DNA of 64,000 nucleotides from Bacillales bacterium (lineage in GTDB: Bacteria > Bacillota_I > Bacilli_A > RF39 > UBA660). Every line of letters begins with the position of its first letter. Position 1 is the stretch's first letter. Positions 39,089 to 48,889 of the stretch are shown one piece after another. The stretch is from NCBI GenBank assembly GCA_016288635.1, contig JAEEKZ010000007.1, positions 12,649-76,648 of the forward strand. The letters are read 5' to 3'. The translations under genes and the position numbers were made by a program. Below the pieces are notes generated by a model. That model made no database searches and was not told the DNA's origin. It was given only the letters and a program-made list of their open reading frames with translations.

Positions 39089-40282
39089 ATGGAAATACTT
39101 GCAAATATTTTAAGACCAACAAAAATTGAAGATGTTATTGGTCAGCAACATTTATTAGGTAAAAATAAAATAATATATAACTTAGTTAAAAATAAAAAGT
39201 TATTTTCAATGATTTTATATGGTAATCCTGGGATTGGTAAAACATCTATTGCTAATGCTATAGCCTGTGAACTTGATTGTCCATATCGTTTTTTAAATGC
39301 TGTAATTAATAAAAAAGAAGATTTTGATATGGTTATTAATGAGGCAATATTTTCTGGAGAAATTATTCTTATTGTAGATGAAATTCATAGAATGAATAAA
39401 GATAAGCAAGATATTCTTTTGCCCTATATAGAAAATGGAAAAATAATATTAATTGGTTTAACTACTGCTAATCCCTATCATAAAATTAATCCTGCGATTA
39501 GAAGTAGATGTCAGATATTTGAACTTAAAAGTTTAACAACTGATGATATTAAACTGGGTATTGATAAAGCTAAGAGTAGTTTACCTAAAATTAAGTTAGA
39601 TGATGATGCTAAAGAATATATTGCTAAGTTAGCTAATGGCGATTTAAGATTTGCTTTAAATTTATTAGAAGTTTCTTATTACTCTTCTAATTCAAAACAT
39701 ATTACATTAAAACATGTTAGTGAAATTAATTCTAAGCCGGCATTCTTTGTTGATCAAAATGAAACTGGTCATTATGATTTATTAAGTGCTTTACAAAAGT
39801 CTATTCGTGGTAGTGATCCCGATGCTGCTTTACATTATGCAGCAAGACTTGTTGAACAAGGTGATTTAGAATCGTTATTTAGAAGATTAAGTGTTATTGC
39901 TTATGAAGATATAGGTATGGCTAATCCCGGAATTGGGCCTAGATTAGATGCTGCAATAAATGCTGCTGAAAGAGTTGGAATGCCTGAGGCTAGAATACCT
40001 ATTGGGCAAATTGTTACAGAAATGGCTATATCGCCTAAGAGTAATACTTCACATGTTGCATTTGATATGGCAATAAATGATATTCATAAAGGTGATTTTG
40101 GTGATGTACCCGATAATATTAGAATAGATACAAAAACTTACAAGTATCCTCATGATTATCCAAATGCATATGTTAAACAAGAGTATATGCCTAGTAAATT
40201 AAAAGGAAAAGTATATTATAGGCCAAAGAATAATGGCGTTGAAGGAAATTTATATAAAGTTTATAAGGAGATAACAAAATGA
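39089..40282 (+). CDS. rarA: Replication-associated recombination protein A (MgsA/RarA AAA+ ATPase)
   Basis: Walker A GNPGIGKTS, VDEIHR, and a C-terminal MgsA domain (SIRGSDPDAALHY). Confidence 0.9.
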   Translation: MEILANILRPTKIEDVIGQQHLLGKNKIIYNLVKNKKLFSMILYGNPGIGKTSIANAIACELDCPYRFLNAVINKKEDFDMVINEAIFSGEIILIVDEIHRMNKDKQDILLPYIENGKIILIGLTTANPYHKINPAIRSRCQIFELKSLTTDDIKLGIDKAKSSLPKIKLDDDAKEYIAKLANGDLRFALNLLEVSYYSSNSKHITLKHVSEINSKPAFFVDQNETGHYDLLSALQKSIRGSDPDAALHYAARLVEQGDLESLFRRLSVIAYEDIGMANPGIGPRLDAAINAAERVGMPEARIPIGQIVTEMAISPKSNTSHVAFDMAINDIHKGDFGDVPDNIRIDTKTYKYPHDYPNAYVKQEYMPSKLKGKVYYRPKNNGVEGNLYKVYKEITK

Positions 40283-41241
40283 ATATAAGTATAATTGGAA
40301 CTGGGGTTTATGGTTTAGCTTTAGCTAATGTAGCTAGAAAAAATGGAAATACAATTAAAATGTGGACTGAGAATCCTGATGTTGCTAAAGAATATAAAGA
40401 TACAGGAATGCTTAAGTCTATTTATGATATTGAATTAAAAAGAATTAGCGTTAGTAATGATTTAGAATATGTTATGGAAGATGCTGATTTAATTATTATT
40501 GTTACAGCTTCTAAATATGTTGATATTACTGCTAGAAACATGAAAGAATATTATAAAGGTACCCCTATTTGTATTGCTTCTAAAGGTTTAGAAGATACAA
40601 CCGGTGAATTATTAAGTGAGGTTGTTAAAAAAATACTTAATACAAGAAATATTGCGGTATTATCTGGTCCCACTTTTGCAAAAGATTTACTAACCGGACA
40701 AATTGGATCTTTAGCTCTTGCTAGTTATTGTAGAAAGACTAAAAAGATAGTTATGAATGCTCTAATGGGAAGTCAAATAAAGATTAGAGAAAGTAGCGAT
40801 ATAATTGGTTTACAAATATGTGGTTGTGTAAAAAATGTTTATGCCATAGGTTCTGGTATACTTGATGGACTTGGTTATTCAAATTCAACTCAAGCATTTT
40901 TAATTACCGAAGCTATTCATGATATGAAAGATATTATTTATTATATGGGTGGTAGTAAAAAGACTGTATTATCTTATGCAGGAATTGGTGATTTAATTCT
41001 TACATGTACTAGTATTAAATCAAGAAATTATAGTTTTGGTAAATTACTTGCAGAGGATAAGAAAAAAGCCCAAAAGTATTTAATGGATACCACTGTTGAA
41101 GGATATCATGCATTAAATGTTGTATATCAATTATTACAAAGAAAAAGAGTTCATTTACCATTAATAGAAATGTTATACGATATTGTATATAATGAAGTTG
41201 ATCCTGAAAAACTAATTGAATTATTATTAAGTTCAAAATAA
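40279..41241 (+). CDS. gpsA: NAD(P)H-dependent glycerol-3-phosphate dehydrogenase
   Basis: IIGTGVYGLALA dinucleotide fold and GpsA blocks (LSGPTFAKD, KNVYAIGSG). Confidence 0.9.
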   Translation: MNISIIGTGVYGLALANVARKNGNTIKMWTENPDVAKEYKDTGMLKSIYDIELKRISVSNDLEYVMEDADLIIIVTASKYVDITARNMKEYYKGTPICIASKGLEDTTGELLSEVVKKILNTRNIAVLSGPTFAKDLLTGQIGSLALASYCRKTKKIVMNALMGSQIKIRESSDIIGLQICGCVKNVYAIGSGILDGLGYSNSTQAFLITEAIHDMKDIIYYMGGSKKTVLSYAGIGDLILTCTSIKSRNYSFGKLLAEDKKKAQKYLMDTTVEGYHALNVVYQLLQRKRVHLPLIEMLYDIVYNEVDPEKLIELLLSSK

Positions 41242-41268
41242 AAAGAATATTTAAAATATTCTTTTTTT
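41239..41268. terminator. Bidirectional terminator between gpsA and miaA
   Basis: AAGAATATT-taa-AATATTCTT, flanked by an A run and a T run. Confidence 0.75.
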
Positions 41269-42115
41269 ATTTGCTTTCAATATAATTTATTACGGAATCA
41301 ATAGTTTCATTAAAATTATTTAGGTTAACATCAAACCATTTAACATCCATCTTATTATTAAACCAAGTATATTGTCTTTTAGCATAATGTCTAGAATTCT
41401 TCTTTATTAAGTCTTTAGTTTCATCTAGAGTTATTTTGCCATCTAGATAATCCATTACTTCTTTATAACCAATTGCACTAGATAAGACTCTTGCTTTATC
41501 TTTTAAGTTATATAATGATTTAACTTCTTCAAGTAAACCATCTTCAAACATCTTATCTACTCTTTTATTAATTCTTTCATATAAAATATCTCTAGGTAAA
41601 GTTAAACCTATAAAGGTACATGGGTATAATTGTTTATCTTCGTTATGACTTTCATTTGTTTTAGTTAGATATCTTTCTAATCTAATTCTATTATTCATAT
41701 GAATTTCCATATCAGGATTTTTTTCTTTAGCCATGTTATATAGTTCTTCATTTGTAAATTTACTAAAGTCTTTTTTCTCATCTTCAAAGAATTCATAATC
41801 AAATAGTCCAGCACATAGATATAGACCTGTACCACCAACAATTACTATATTTCTATCTTTATATTTATCAAGTATTTCTCTTAAGTCTTTTTGATAATCT
41901 TTAACTGTGTAATCTTCTGTTACATCTTTAATATCAAATAGTAAATGTTCTACATTTTCTTTTTCTTCTTCAGTTGGTTTTGCACTACCAATATCTAGTT
42001 TTCTATATACTTGCACGGCATCACAGTTTACAATAACAGCATCATACTTTTGAGCTAGTTTAACGCTTAGTTTAGTTTTACCTACACCAGTTGGACCAAC
42101 GATAGCTAAAATCAT
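41267..42115 (-). CDS. miaA: tRNA dimethylallyltransferase
   Basis: IVGPTGVGKT P-loop and MiaA blocks. Confidence 0.9.
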   Translation of the reverse strand: MILAIVGPTGVGKTKLSVKLAQKYDAVIVNCDAVQVYRKLDIGSAKPTEEEKENVEHLLFDIKDVTEDYTVKDYQKDLREILDKYKDRNIVIVGGTGLYLCAGLFDYEFFEDEKKDFSKFTNEELYNMAKEKNPDMEIHMNNRIRLERYLTKTNESHNEDKQLYPCTFIGLTLPRDILYERINKRVDKMFEDGLLEEVKSLYNLKDKARVLSSAIGYKEVMDYLDGKITLDETKDLIKKNSRHYAKRQYTWFNNKMDVKWFDVNLNNFNETIDSVINYIESK

Positions 42116-42212
42116 TTATATCACCTCTTTTAGATGTCTCACGAGTGAATAATACCAAATATTTTTGAAAAAGTAAATTAAATATGATATTATGGGACTT
42201 GCGAGGTAACAT

Positions 42213-43328
42213 ATGGAAATAATTGGTTTAGTTGCGGAATATAATCCTTTTCATAATGGGCATACTTATCATATTAATAAAATAAAAGAATTATATCCTG
42301 ATTCATTATTAGTTTTAGTATTAAATGGTTACTTTATGGAACGTGGAGAAATATCTTTGTTATCTAAAGAAGATAAGATAAGAATAGCTTTAGATAATGG
42401 TGTTGATCTAGTTATTGAATTACCTGCCCTATTTGGTACTCAAAGTGCAGATACATTTGCTAATACATCAATTAGATTATTAAATGAATTAAAGGTAAAA
42501 AAGATTGTGTTTGGTAGCGAAATAGATGATATAAAGAAACTAGAAGATATTGCAGATAAACAATTAAATGATGATAGTTTTAACGATAAAGTTAAAGAGT
42601 ATTTAAAAACAGGATTAAATTACCCTACTGCCCTTTCTAAGGCTATAGGAATTGATTTTGAATATAATCCTAATGATTTACTAGGAATATCTTATATTAA
42701 AGCTATAAAGGCTAATAATTATGAAATAGAACCTGTTTGTATTAAAAGAACTAGTGAATACCATGATTTAGATAGTACTAGTGATATTATTAGTGCTTCT
42801 AATATTAGAAATAAGTTTAATAATAATGAAGATATTAAGAAATATTTACCTATTGAATCATATAAATTATTAAAGAAATGTGATGAAGATGAGTTATTTA
42901 ATTTACTTAAATATCATATTGTTTTAAATAATAATATATCTAATTATTTAGATGTTTCTGAAGGAATTGATTATTTACTAAAAGAGCAAATTTTAAAGTC
43001 TGATTCATTAAAAGAATTAATAGATAATGTTAAATCAAAAAGATATACCTATAATAAAATTAGTAGAATGTTAACACATATTCTTCTTGGTATAACTAAG
43101 GAAGATGCTAAAGAAGATTTAAAATATATGACTATTTTAGGGTTTAATAAAGCTGGTAAGAAATATTTAAATTCTATTAAGAAAGATATTACATTGCCTA
43201 TTAAGAAAGATTTTGATAGTGTTCAATATAAATTGGAATATAATGCGGCATTTATATATGATATTGTAATGAATACTAGTTCATTTGATTTTGAAAAACA
43301 GAATAAACCAATATTTGTAGAAAAATAA
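42213..43328 (+). CDS. tmcAL: tRNA(Met) cytidine acetate ligase (YlbM/TmcAL nucleotidyltransferase)
   Basis: GLVAEYNPFHNGHTYH signature N-terminus, ~371 aa. Confidence 0.8.
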   Translation: MEIIGLVAEYNPFHNGHTYHINKIKELYPDSLLVLVLNGYFMERGEISLLSKEDKIRIALDNGVDLVIELPALFGTQSADTFANTSIRLLNELKVKKIVFGSEIDDIKKLEDIADKQLNDDSFNDKVKEYLKTGLNYPTALSKAIGIDFEYNPNDLLGISYIKAIKANNYEIEPVCIKRTSEYHDLDSTSDIISASNIRNKFNNNEDIKKYLPIESYKLLKKCDEDELFNLLKYHIVLNNNISNYLDVSEGIDYLLKEQILKSDSLKELIDNVKSKRYTYNKISRMLTHILLGITKEDAKEDLKYMTILGFNKAGKKYLNSIKKDITLPIKKDFDSVQYKLEYNAAFIYDIVMNTSSFDFEKQNKPIFVEK

Positions 43329-43356
43329 AAAGATTGTATAATACAATCTTTTTTTA
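43327..43356. terminator. Bidirectional terminator between tmcAL and truB
   Basis: AAGATTGTAT/ATACAATCTT palindrome, flanked by an A run and a T run. Confidence 0.75.
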
Positions 43357-44193
43357 AAACTTAATTTTTATTTTACCCTCTTTATTTAGAAAACTATATA
43401 TTGCTTCATCTTGATTATTTATTTTTATTAAATAATCCCCATCTTCGATATCTAAGTTAAGTTTATTTCCATTCATAACTAATTTTGCATTGCTATCGTT
43501 TAAATTTAATACCTTTAAATCAAGTACTTCTTCGATGTTTAATGACTTATAGTTATTATTTTCTATATCTTCAAGAGAATAAGCTTCTTCGATACTAAAC
43601 TTTCCTTGTTTTGTTCTTATTAGATCAGCCATTGTTCCATAGGTGTTTAGTTTATTACATATATCATTTATTAAACTTCTAATATAAGTTCCTTTAGAGA
43701 CTTTAGTTCTAAATTTAAAACCATCTTTATTAAACTCTAATAATTCTAGTTCATATATTGATACTTCTCTTTTTGGGAGATTTATTTCAATATTTTCTCT
43801 AGCATATTCGTATAGTTTTTTTCCATTTATTTTAACTGCAGAATATTTAGGAACTTCTTGTAAGTAACTACCTATAAAACTATTAAAGACTTCTTTTATT
43901 TGAGATTCTGTTGTATGGTAATCTTTTTTATCTAGAACATTACCTGTTATATCAAGGGTATCTGTTAAGATTCCAAGTTTTACTGTAGCAATATATTCTT
44001 TATCTAAACTAACAATATGATCTACTAATTTAGTATATTTTCCTACGCATATGACTAATACACCAGATGCAATTGGATCAAGGGTACCAGTATGGCCAAT
44101 TTTCTTAGTTCCAAGTATTTTGTTTAATTTATTTACGACATCTCTACTGGTCATACCAGATTCTTTATTTACGATAATTATTTTATTCATCAT
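43354..44193 (-). CDS. truB: tRNA pseudouridine(55) synthase
   Basis: GHTGTLDPIASGVL catalytic block. Confidence 0.95.
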   Translation of the reverse strand: MMNKIIIVNKESGMTSRDVVNKLNKILGTKKIGHTGTLDPIASGVLVICVGKYTKLVDHIVSLDKEYIATVKLGILTDTLDITGNVLDKKDYHTTESQIKEVFNSFIGSYLQEVPKYSAVKINGKKLYEYARENIEINLPKREVSIYELELLEFNKDGFKFRTKVSKGTYIRSLINDICNKLNTYGTMADLIRTKQGKFSIEEAYSLEDIENNNYKSLNIEEVLDLKVLNLNDSNAKLVMNGNKLNLDIEDGDYLIKINNQDEAIYSFLNKEGKIKIKF

Positions 44194-44536
44194 CTGTTTT
44201 ACTGTGTATTTTTTCGATTAAATCCTCAATTCTTTTACCATATTCAATTGAGTCGTCAAATACAAATGTTAGTTCAGGAGTATTTCTTATATCTAATTTT
44301 TCACTTAATCTTCCACGAATAAAGCTGCTTGCTTCATTCATTTCTTTTTCTAATTCTTTTTTATCTCTATCAAGAATAGATGTGAAATATATTTTAGCAT
44401 ATCCTAAATCACTTGATATTTTACAAGATGTAATTGTAATAGTTTTTAAAAACTCATCTCTTGCTTCTTCAAGTAATATTTGTGAAATATACTTTTGCAT
44501 ATCAGATGCAATTCTATCTAATTTATGACTAGACAT
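44183..44536 (-). CDS. rbfA: Ribosome-binding factor A
   Basis: [15 protein letters not shown]...ITSCKISSDLGYAKIY. The ATG overlaps the infB stop codon. Confidence 0.9.
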   Translation of the reverse strand: MSSHKLDRIASDMQKYISQILLEEARDEFLKTITITSCKISSDLGYAKIYFTSILDRDKKELEKEMNEASSFIRGRLSEKLDIRNTPELTFVFDDSIEYGKRIEDLIEKIHSKTDDE

Positions 44537-46640
44537 TTTTAACCTCAACTAATTCATATAGTTCTAAAGAGTCGCCAACTTTTATATCATTATATGATTC
44601 TAGTGTAATACCACATTCAAAGCCTTTTTTAACTTCTTTTACAGAGTCTTTTTCTCTTTGAACACTATTGATTACATCTTCTGCGATAATAATACCATCT
44701 CTTATGATTCTAACTTTAGATCCTACTTTTACAATTCCATCTGTTACATATGAACCAGCAATATTTCCAACTTTAGAGAATTTAAATATTTTTCTAATTT
44801 CTGCTGAACCAATTACTTTTTCTTCAAATTCTGGTTCTAACATACCTTTCATAGCCGCTTCCATATCTTCAACTAATTTATAGATAATTGAATATAATCT
44901 TATATCAACTGAATATTCTTTAGCTATTTCTTTAGTTATATGACTAGGTACTACATTAAATCCAATTATTATGGCATTTCCAGCATTAGCTAGTACTACA
45001 TCTGATTCAGTAATAGTACCAATACCACTTCTTATAACTCTAACTCTAACGTCGCCAACTTCAATTTTCTCTAAGGCTTGTTTAACAGCTTCTTCTGAAC
45101 CACGTACATCACATTTTAGGATAACATTAATTTCTTTTTGTCCGCCTTGGATTCTTGCAAATAAGTCGTCTAAAGAAACTACTTCTTTCTTATTCTTTTG
45201 TTCTTCTTCTGCTAATCTACGTTTTTCAGCTACTTTCTTAGCTTCGGCTTCTGTTTCAAAAGCCATGAATTTATCACCTGCTGATGGGTTATCAGTTAAG
45301 CCTGTAATTTCTACTGGAGTAGATGGACCAGCTTCTAGAATATTTATACCCAAGTCATTTTTCATTGTTCTAACCTTAGCATAACTTGTTCCAACTACAA
45401 CTGGGTCACCAATTCTTAATGTTCCATTTTTAATTAAGAATGATGCTATTCCACCAACGTTTTTATCTAATTTTGACTCGATTACAGCACCAACTGCATA
45501 TCTATTTGGATTAGCCTTATAATCATTAACTTCTGCAATTGCTAAGATTGTGTCAAGTAGTAGAGGCACTCCTTCACCTGTTTTAGCAGAAATGTTAATG
45601 AATGGTACATTTCCTCCCCATGCTTCTGGTGTTACATTTATTTCGGCCATTTCCGTCATAACTCTATCTGGATTTGAATCAGGCTTATCTATTTTATTTA
45701 CAGCTACAATGATTGGAACATTGGCATTTAATGCATGATCTACTGCTTCTTTAGTTTGAGGCATTACACCATCATCTGCAGCAACTATAATAATAGCAAT
45801 ATCTGTTACACTAGCTCCTCTTGCTCTCATAGCGGTAAATGCAGCATGGCCTGGAGTATCAATGAATGTAATCTTTTTATCGTTATATTCTATTTGATAT
45901 GCGCCAATAGCTTGAGTAATACCACCAGCTTCTCCTTCAACAACATGTGTTTCACGGATATAATCAAGTAATGATGTTTTACCATGGTCTACGTGTCCCA
46001 TAATAGTTACAATAGGTGGACGAGACACCAAATCATTTTCATTATCTATTACCTCATAATTATCAAAATCAGTTACATCTTGAGTTTCCGCTCTTTTTAG
46101 AGTTTTACTGTAATCTGAAACAAGTATTTCAGCTGTATCATAATCAATTTTATCGTTCATTGTGATCATCATACCTAAACCAATTAATTTCTTAATTAAT
46201 TCAGCTGGGTTTACTTGCATTTTTTGAGCAAGTTCATATAGAGTCATTCCTTCATCATAAAGAATAACATCTTCTACAACGCTATTTGTTTTTAACTTAC
46301 TCTTATTTTTATACATTTGTTTCTTTAATGTATTAAATTCACTATTATTCTTAATATTATCTTTCTTTTTTAATTTTTGTTTAGATGTTGCGTTTACTAT
46401 ATCTCTTTGAATATTTTCAATACTAATAATTTCATCTACTTTTTCATCAATTTCGTCTTCTTCTTCTAAAGTAGTTTCTTCATTAGCACTAATTATATTG
46501 ATAGTGTTATCTAGCATAATTATATCGTCATCATCAAGCATATATTCTGCATCTGTTGCATTAATTCCTAATTCTTTACATTTCTTTAATATTTCCGCAA
46601 CAGATAAATTAACATCTTTCGCATAATCTTTTACTAACAT
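44529..46640 (-). CDS. infB: Translation initiation factor IF-2
   Basis: GTPase block [23 protein letters not shown]. 703 aa. Confidence 0.95.
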   Translation of the reverse strand: MLVKDYAKDVNLSVAEILKKCKELGINATDAEYMLDDDDIIMLDNTINIISANEETTLEEEDEIDEKVDEIISIENIQRDIVNATSKQKLKKKDNIKNNSEFNTLKKQMYKNKSKLKTNSVVEDVILYDEGMTLYELAQKMQVNPAELIKKLIGLGMMITMNDKIDYDTAEILVSDYSKTLKRAETQDVTDFDNYEVIDNENDLVSRPPIVTIMGHVDHGKTSLLDYIRETHVVEGEAGGITQAIGAYQIEYNDKKITFIDTPGHAAFTAMRARGASVTDIAIIIVAADDGVMPQTKEAVDHALNANVPIIVAVNKIDKPDSNPDRVMTEMAEINVTPEAWGGNVPFINISAKTGEGVPLLLDTILAIAEVNDYKANPNRYAVGAVIESKLDKNVGGIASFLIKNGTLRIGDPVVVGTSYAKVRTMKNDLGINILEAGPSTPVEITGLTDNPSAGDKFMAFETEAEAKKVAEKRRLAEEEQKNKKEVVSLDDLFARIQGGQKEINVILKCDVRGSEEAVKQALEKIEVGDVRVRVIRSGIGTITESDVVLANAGNAIIIGFNVVPSHITKEIAKEYSVDIRLYSIIYKLVEDMEAAMKGMLEPEFEEKVIGSAEIRKIFKFSKVGNIAGSYVTDGIVKVGSKVRIIRDGIIIAEDVINSVQREKDSVKEVKKGFECGITLESYNDIKVGDSLELYELVEVKNV

Positions 46641-46667
46641 AATATTCCACCTTTCGTATTAGTTTAT

Positions 46668-47129
46668 TTATTTTTTCCTTGTTCTTACATACTGTTTCAT
46701 TGCAATTCCAGCTTGTTGTGCCATTTCTATTGAATTGCTATTATAAGATCCTTCATAAACAACTTCTTTTATTCCAGCATTTATTATAGAACCCATGCAT
46801 TGATTACAAGGGCATGTGTTTACATATAATGTTGCTCCTTCAGTTGATATTCCGTATCTAGCCGCAAAGTTTATTGCATTTTGTTCAGCGTGTACTGCTC
46901 TACATTTGTCTAGATATTTTCCACTTTCATAGTCTGGCATTTTTCTTCTAGCACAGCCACCTATTTCACCACAGTGTTCTAGTCCTGCAGCTGGGCCATT
47001 GAAGCCTTTTGAAATAATATGTGTATCTTTAGCTATTACAGCTCCAACTTTTCTTGATTCACATGTACTCATTTCGCTAGCTAAAACAGCTTCATTCATT
47101 AAGTGTTCTTCCCATGTTGGTCTATCCAT
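46668..47129 (-). CDS. dCMP/cytidine deaminase family zinc enzyme (ComEB-like)
   Basis: HAEQNAI and PCNQC zinc motifs. The start ATG (MDRPTWEEH) overlaps the ylxR stop codon. Confidence 0.8.
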   Translation of the reverse strand: MDRPTWEEHLMNEAVLASEMSTCESRKVGAVIAKDTHIISKGFNGPAAGLEHCGEIGGCARRKMPDYESGKYLDKCRAVHAEQNAINFAARYGISTEGATLYVNTCPCNQCMGSIINAGIKEVVYEGSYNSNSIEMAQQAGIAMKQYVRTRKK

Positions 47130-47388
47130 TTTCAATCGCACTCCTAATATTATCGTATACGCTAGGATCAATTTCACATTCAAACACACTATTTAATATT
47201 TTATTCTTTTCTAATTTTTCTAAAACACCTAAGTCTTTTTTTATATAGCAACCATGTCCATTAACTTTACCTGTTAAATCTGGTACTATTCCCTCTTCTG
47301 TTTTTACTATTCTAAGTAATTCTTTTTTTGGAAATCTTTCACGAGTAACTATACACATTCTCATAGGTATTTTTTTTATATGATTCAT
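47122..47388 (-). CDS. ylxR: YlxR-family RNA-binding protein (DUF448)
   Basis: PMRMCIVTRE motif. Position after nusA. Confidence 0.85.
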   Translation of the reverse strand: MNHIKKIPMRMCIVTRERFPKKELLRIVKTEEGIVPDLTGKVNGHGCYIKKDLGVLEKLEKNKILNSVFECEIDPSVYDNIRSAIENG

Positions 47389-48491
47389 TATAGATTTCCT
47401 TTTTGTGTTTCTTCCTCTAATGATTTGATTTCTAGTTCATATTTAGTTAACTTACTTGCTAAACGAACATTGCTCCATTTCTTACCAATGGCAAGTTTTA
47501 AGTTATCATTATTTACGAAACATACAGCATGTTTATCATCTACAATTGAAACAATTACGTCTTTTGCTGGAGCTAAAGCATTCTTAATAAATTCTTCTGG
47601 ATTTTTGCTATATAGAACTAAATCAATCTTTTCACCATTTAATTCTTTTAAAATTCCAGCAATTCTTGAACCTTTTTCACCAATGCAAGCCCCTATTGCG
47701 TCGATTCTTTCGTTTTCAGAGTAGATAGCTACTTTACTTCTTACACCAGCTTCTCTTGCTACGCCATATACTAGAACATCACCAGATTGAATTTCTGGAA
47801 TTTCATGTTCAAATAATCTTTTAACAAAACCAAATTGTTTTCTTGATAATTTGATAATTGGTCCTTTAGGTCCTTCAGTAATCTTTGTAATATATACTTT
47901 GATATTAGATCCCATTTCAATTGTTTCACCAGGAATAATATCATCCTTTGGTAAAATTCCTCTTGCTTTACCTAGATCAATATAATAGTTGTATGCATCT
48001 TCTAGAGCAACCATACCAATCATTAATTCATATTGTTTATCTCTAAATTCTTCATTTACTATTTCTTTTTCAGCTTCTCTTAATTTTTGTTTAATAACTT
48101 GTTTTGCTGTACTAGCTGCTAATCTACCAAAATCAGTTGGTGTAACTTCGATTTCAATTTCATCACCAATTTTAGCATCTTTCTTATATTCTTTAGCTTC
48201 TTCAAGTAATATTTGTGCATCTGGATTGATTTCAGGAGGAATAACTACTTTGTTACCTTCTTCATCAACTGTTTCAGTTCCATCATCATAGTCATCTACA
48301 ACAACCATATATGAATAAACTTTAATATCTCCAGTTTCACGATCAATATTAATTTTTACATTTGTTTTTGATTCAAAATTCTTTTTATAGGCACTAGCTA
48401 ATGCACTTTCTAATGCATCATATATAAAGTCTTTTGAAATTCCTTTTTCTTCTACAATCAAGTCTATTGCTTTTACTAATTCTGTATTCAT
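47388..48491 (-). CDS. nusA: Transcription termination/antitermination factor NusA
   Basis: N-terminal domain, S1 and two KH domains (GACIGEKGSRI). Confidence 0.95.
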   Translation of the reverse strand: MNTELVKAIDLIVEEKGISKDFIYDALESALASAYKKNFESKTNVKINIDRETGDIKVYSYMVVVDDYDDGTETVDEEGNKVVIPPEINPDAQILLEEAKEYKKDAKIGDEIEIEVTPTDFGRLAASTAKQVIKQKLREAEKEIVNEEFRDKQYELMIGMVALEDAYNYYIDLGKARGILPKDDIIPGETIEMGSNIKVYITKITEGPKGPIIKLSRKQFGFVKRLFEHEIPEIQSGDVLVYGVAREAGVRSKVAIYSENERIDAIGACIGEKGSRIAGILKELNGEKIDLVLYSKNPEEFIKNALAPAKDVIVSIVDDKHAVCFVNNDNLKLAIGKKWSNVRLASKLTKYELEIKSLEEETQKGNL

Positions 48492-48492
48492 T

Positions 48493-48744
48493 TTATCTCT
48501 CCTTACTTATACAATCTAAAATATAGTCTTCAATAGGTAAATCCAATTTATCGATTATTGGGTTAATAATATGAGTTGCTTCGACAATTGTATCTAGATC
48601 TATTCCACCTATTTTGTCTAATACAACTGTTAGAAACTTATTTTTTCCTTGCTCATAATATGTAACTTCATCAACGATTATTTCTAAATCGTTAAGACTT
48701 TTTTGCAATTCTTCCTTGATTAATTTAAACCATTTAGTTTCCAC
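48493..48744 (-). CDS. rimP: RimP N-terminal domain only (~83 aa, truncated relative to usual ~150 aa)
   Basis: GTG start follows GGAGGTG. The block EIIVDEVTYYEQGKNKFLTVVLDK...DLDTIVEATHIINPIID is RimP-N-like. The ORF ends 1 nt before the nusA start, where the C-terminal domain would normally begin. Confidence 0.65.
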   Translation of the reverse strand: METKWFKLIKEELQKSLNDLEIIVDEVTYYEQGKNKFLTVVLDKIGGIDLDTIVEATHIINPIIDKLDLPIEDYILDCISKER

Positions 48745-48768
48745 GAAACACCTCCAATAAAATAACAA

Positions 48769-48790
48769 AAGTGGGAATTGCTGCCCACTT
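48769..48790 (-). promoter_or_regulatory. Leader hairpin of the rimP-nusA operon (possible attenuator)
   Basis: On the minus strand, AAGTGGG-8 nt-CCCACTT followed by TTGTTATTTTATT, located between the promoter and the rimP RBS. Confidence 0.45.
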
Positions 48791-48804
48791 AAAATGTCAC
48801 AAGT

Positions 48805-48833
48805 ATTTTAACATATTATTTTTAAAAAGTAAA
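48805..48833 (-). promoter_or_regulatory. sigmaA-type promoter TTTACT-17-TAAAAT (TGn)
   Basis: On the minus strand, -35 at 48833-48828 and -10 at 48810-48805. Confidence 0.5.
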
Positions 48834-48862
48834 ACATTATTTTTATACATATAAATAGGCAT

Positions 48863-48889
48863 AAAAAAGAAAAGATTTAACTCTTTTCT
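48863..48889 (-). terminator. Intrinsic terminator of the EAL gene
   Basis: AGAAAAGA-gttaaa-TCTTTTCT followed by T6 on the minus strand. Confidence 0.75.
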
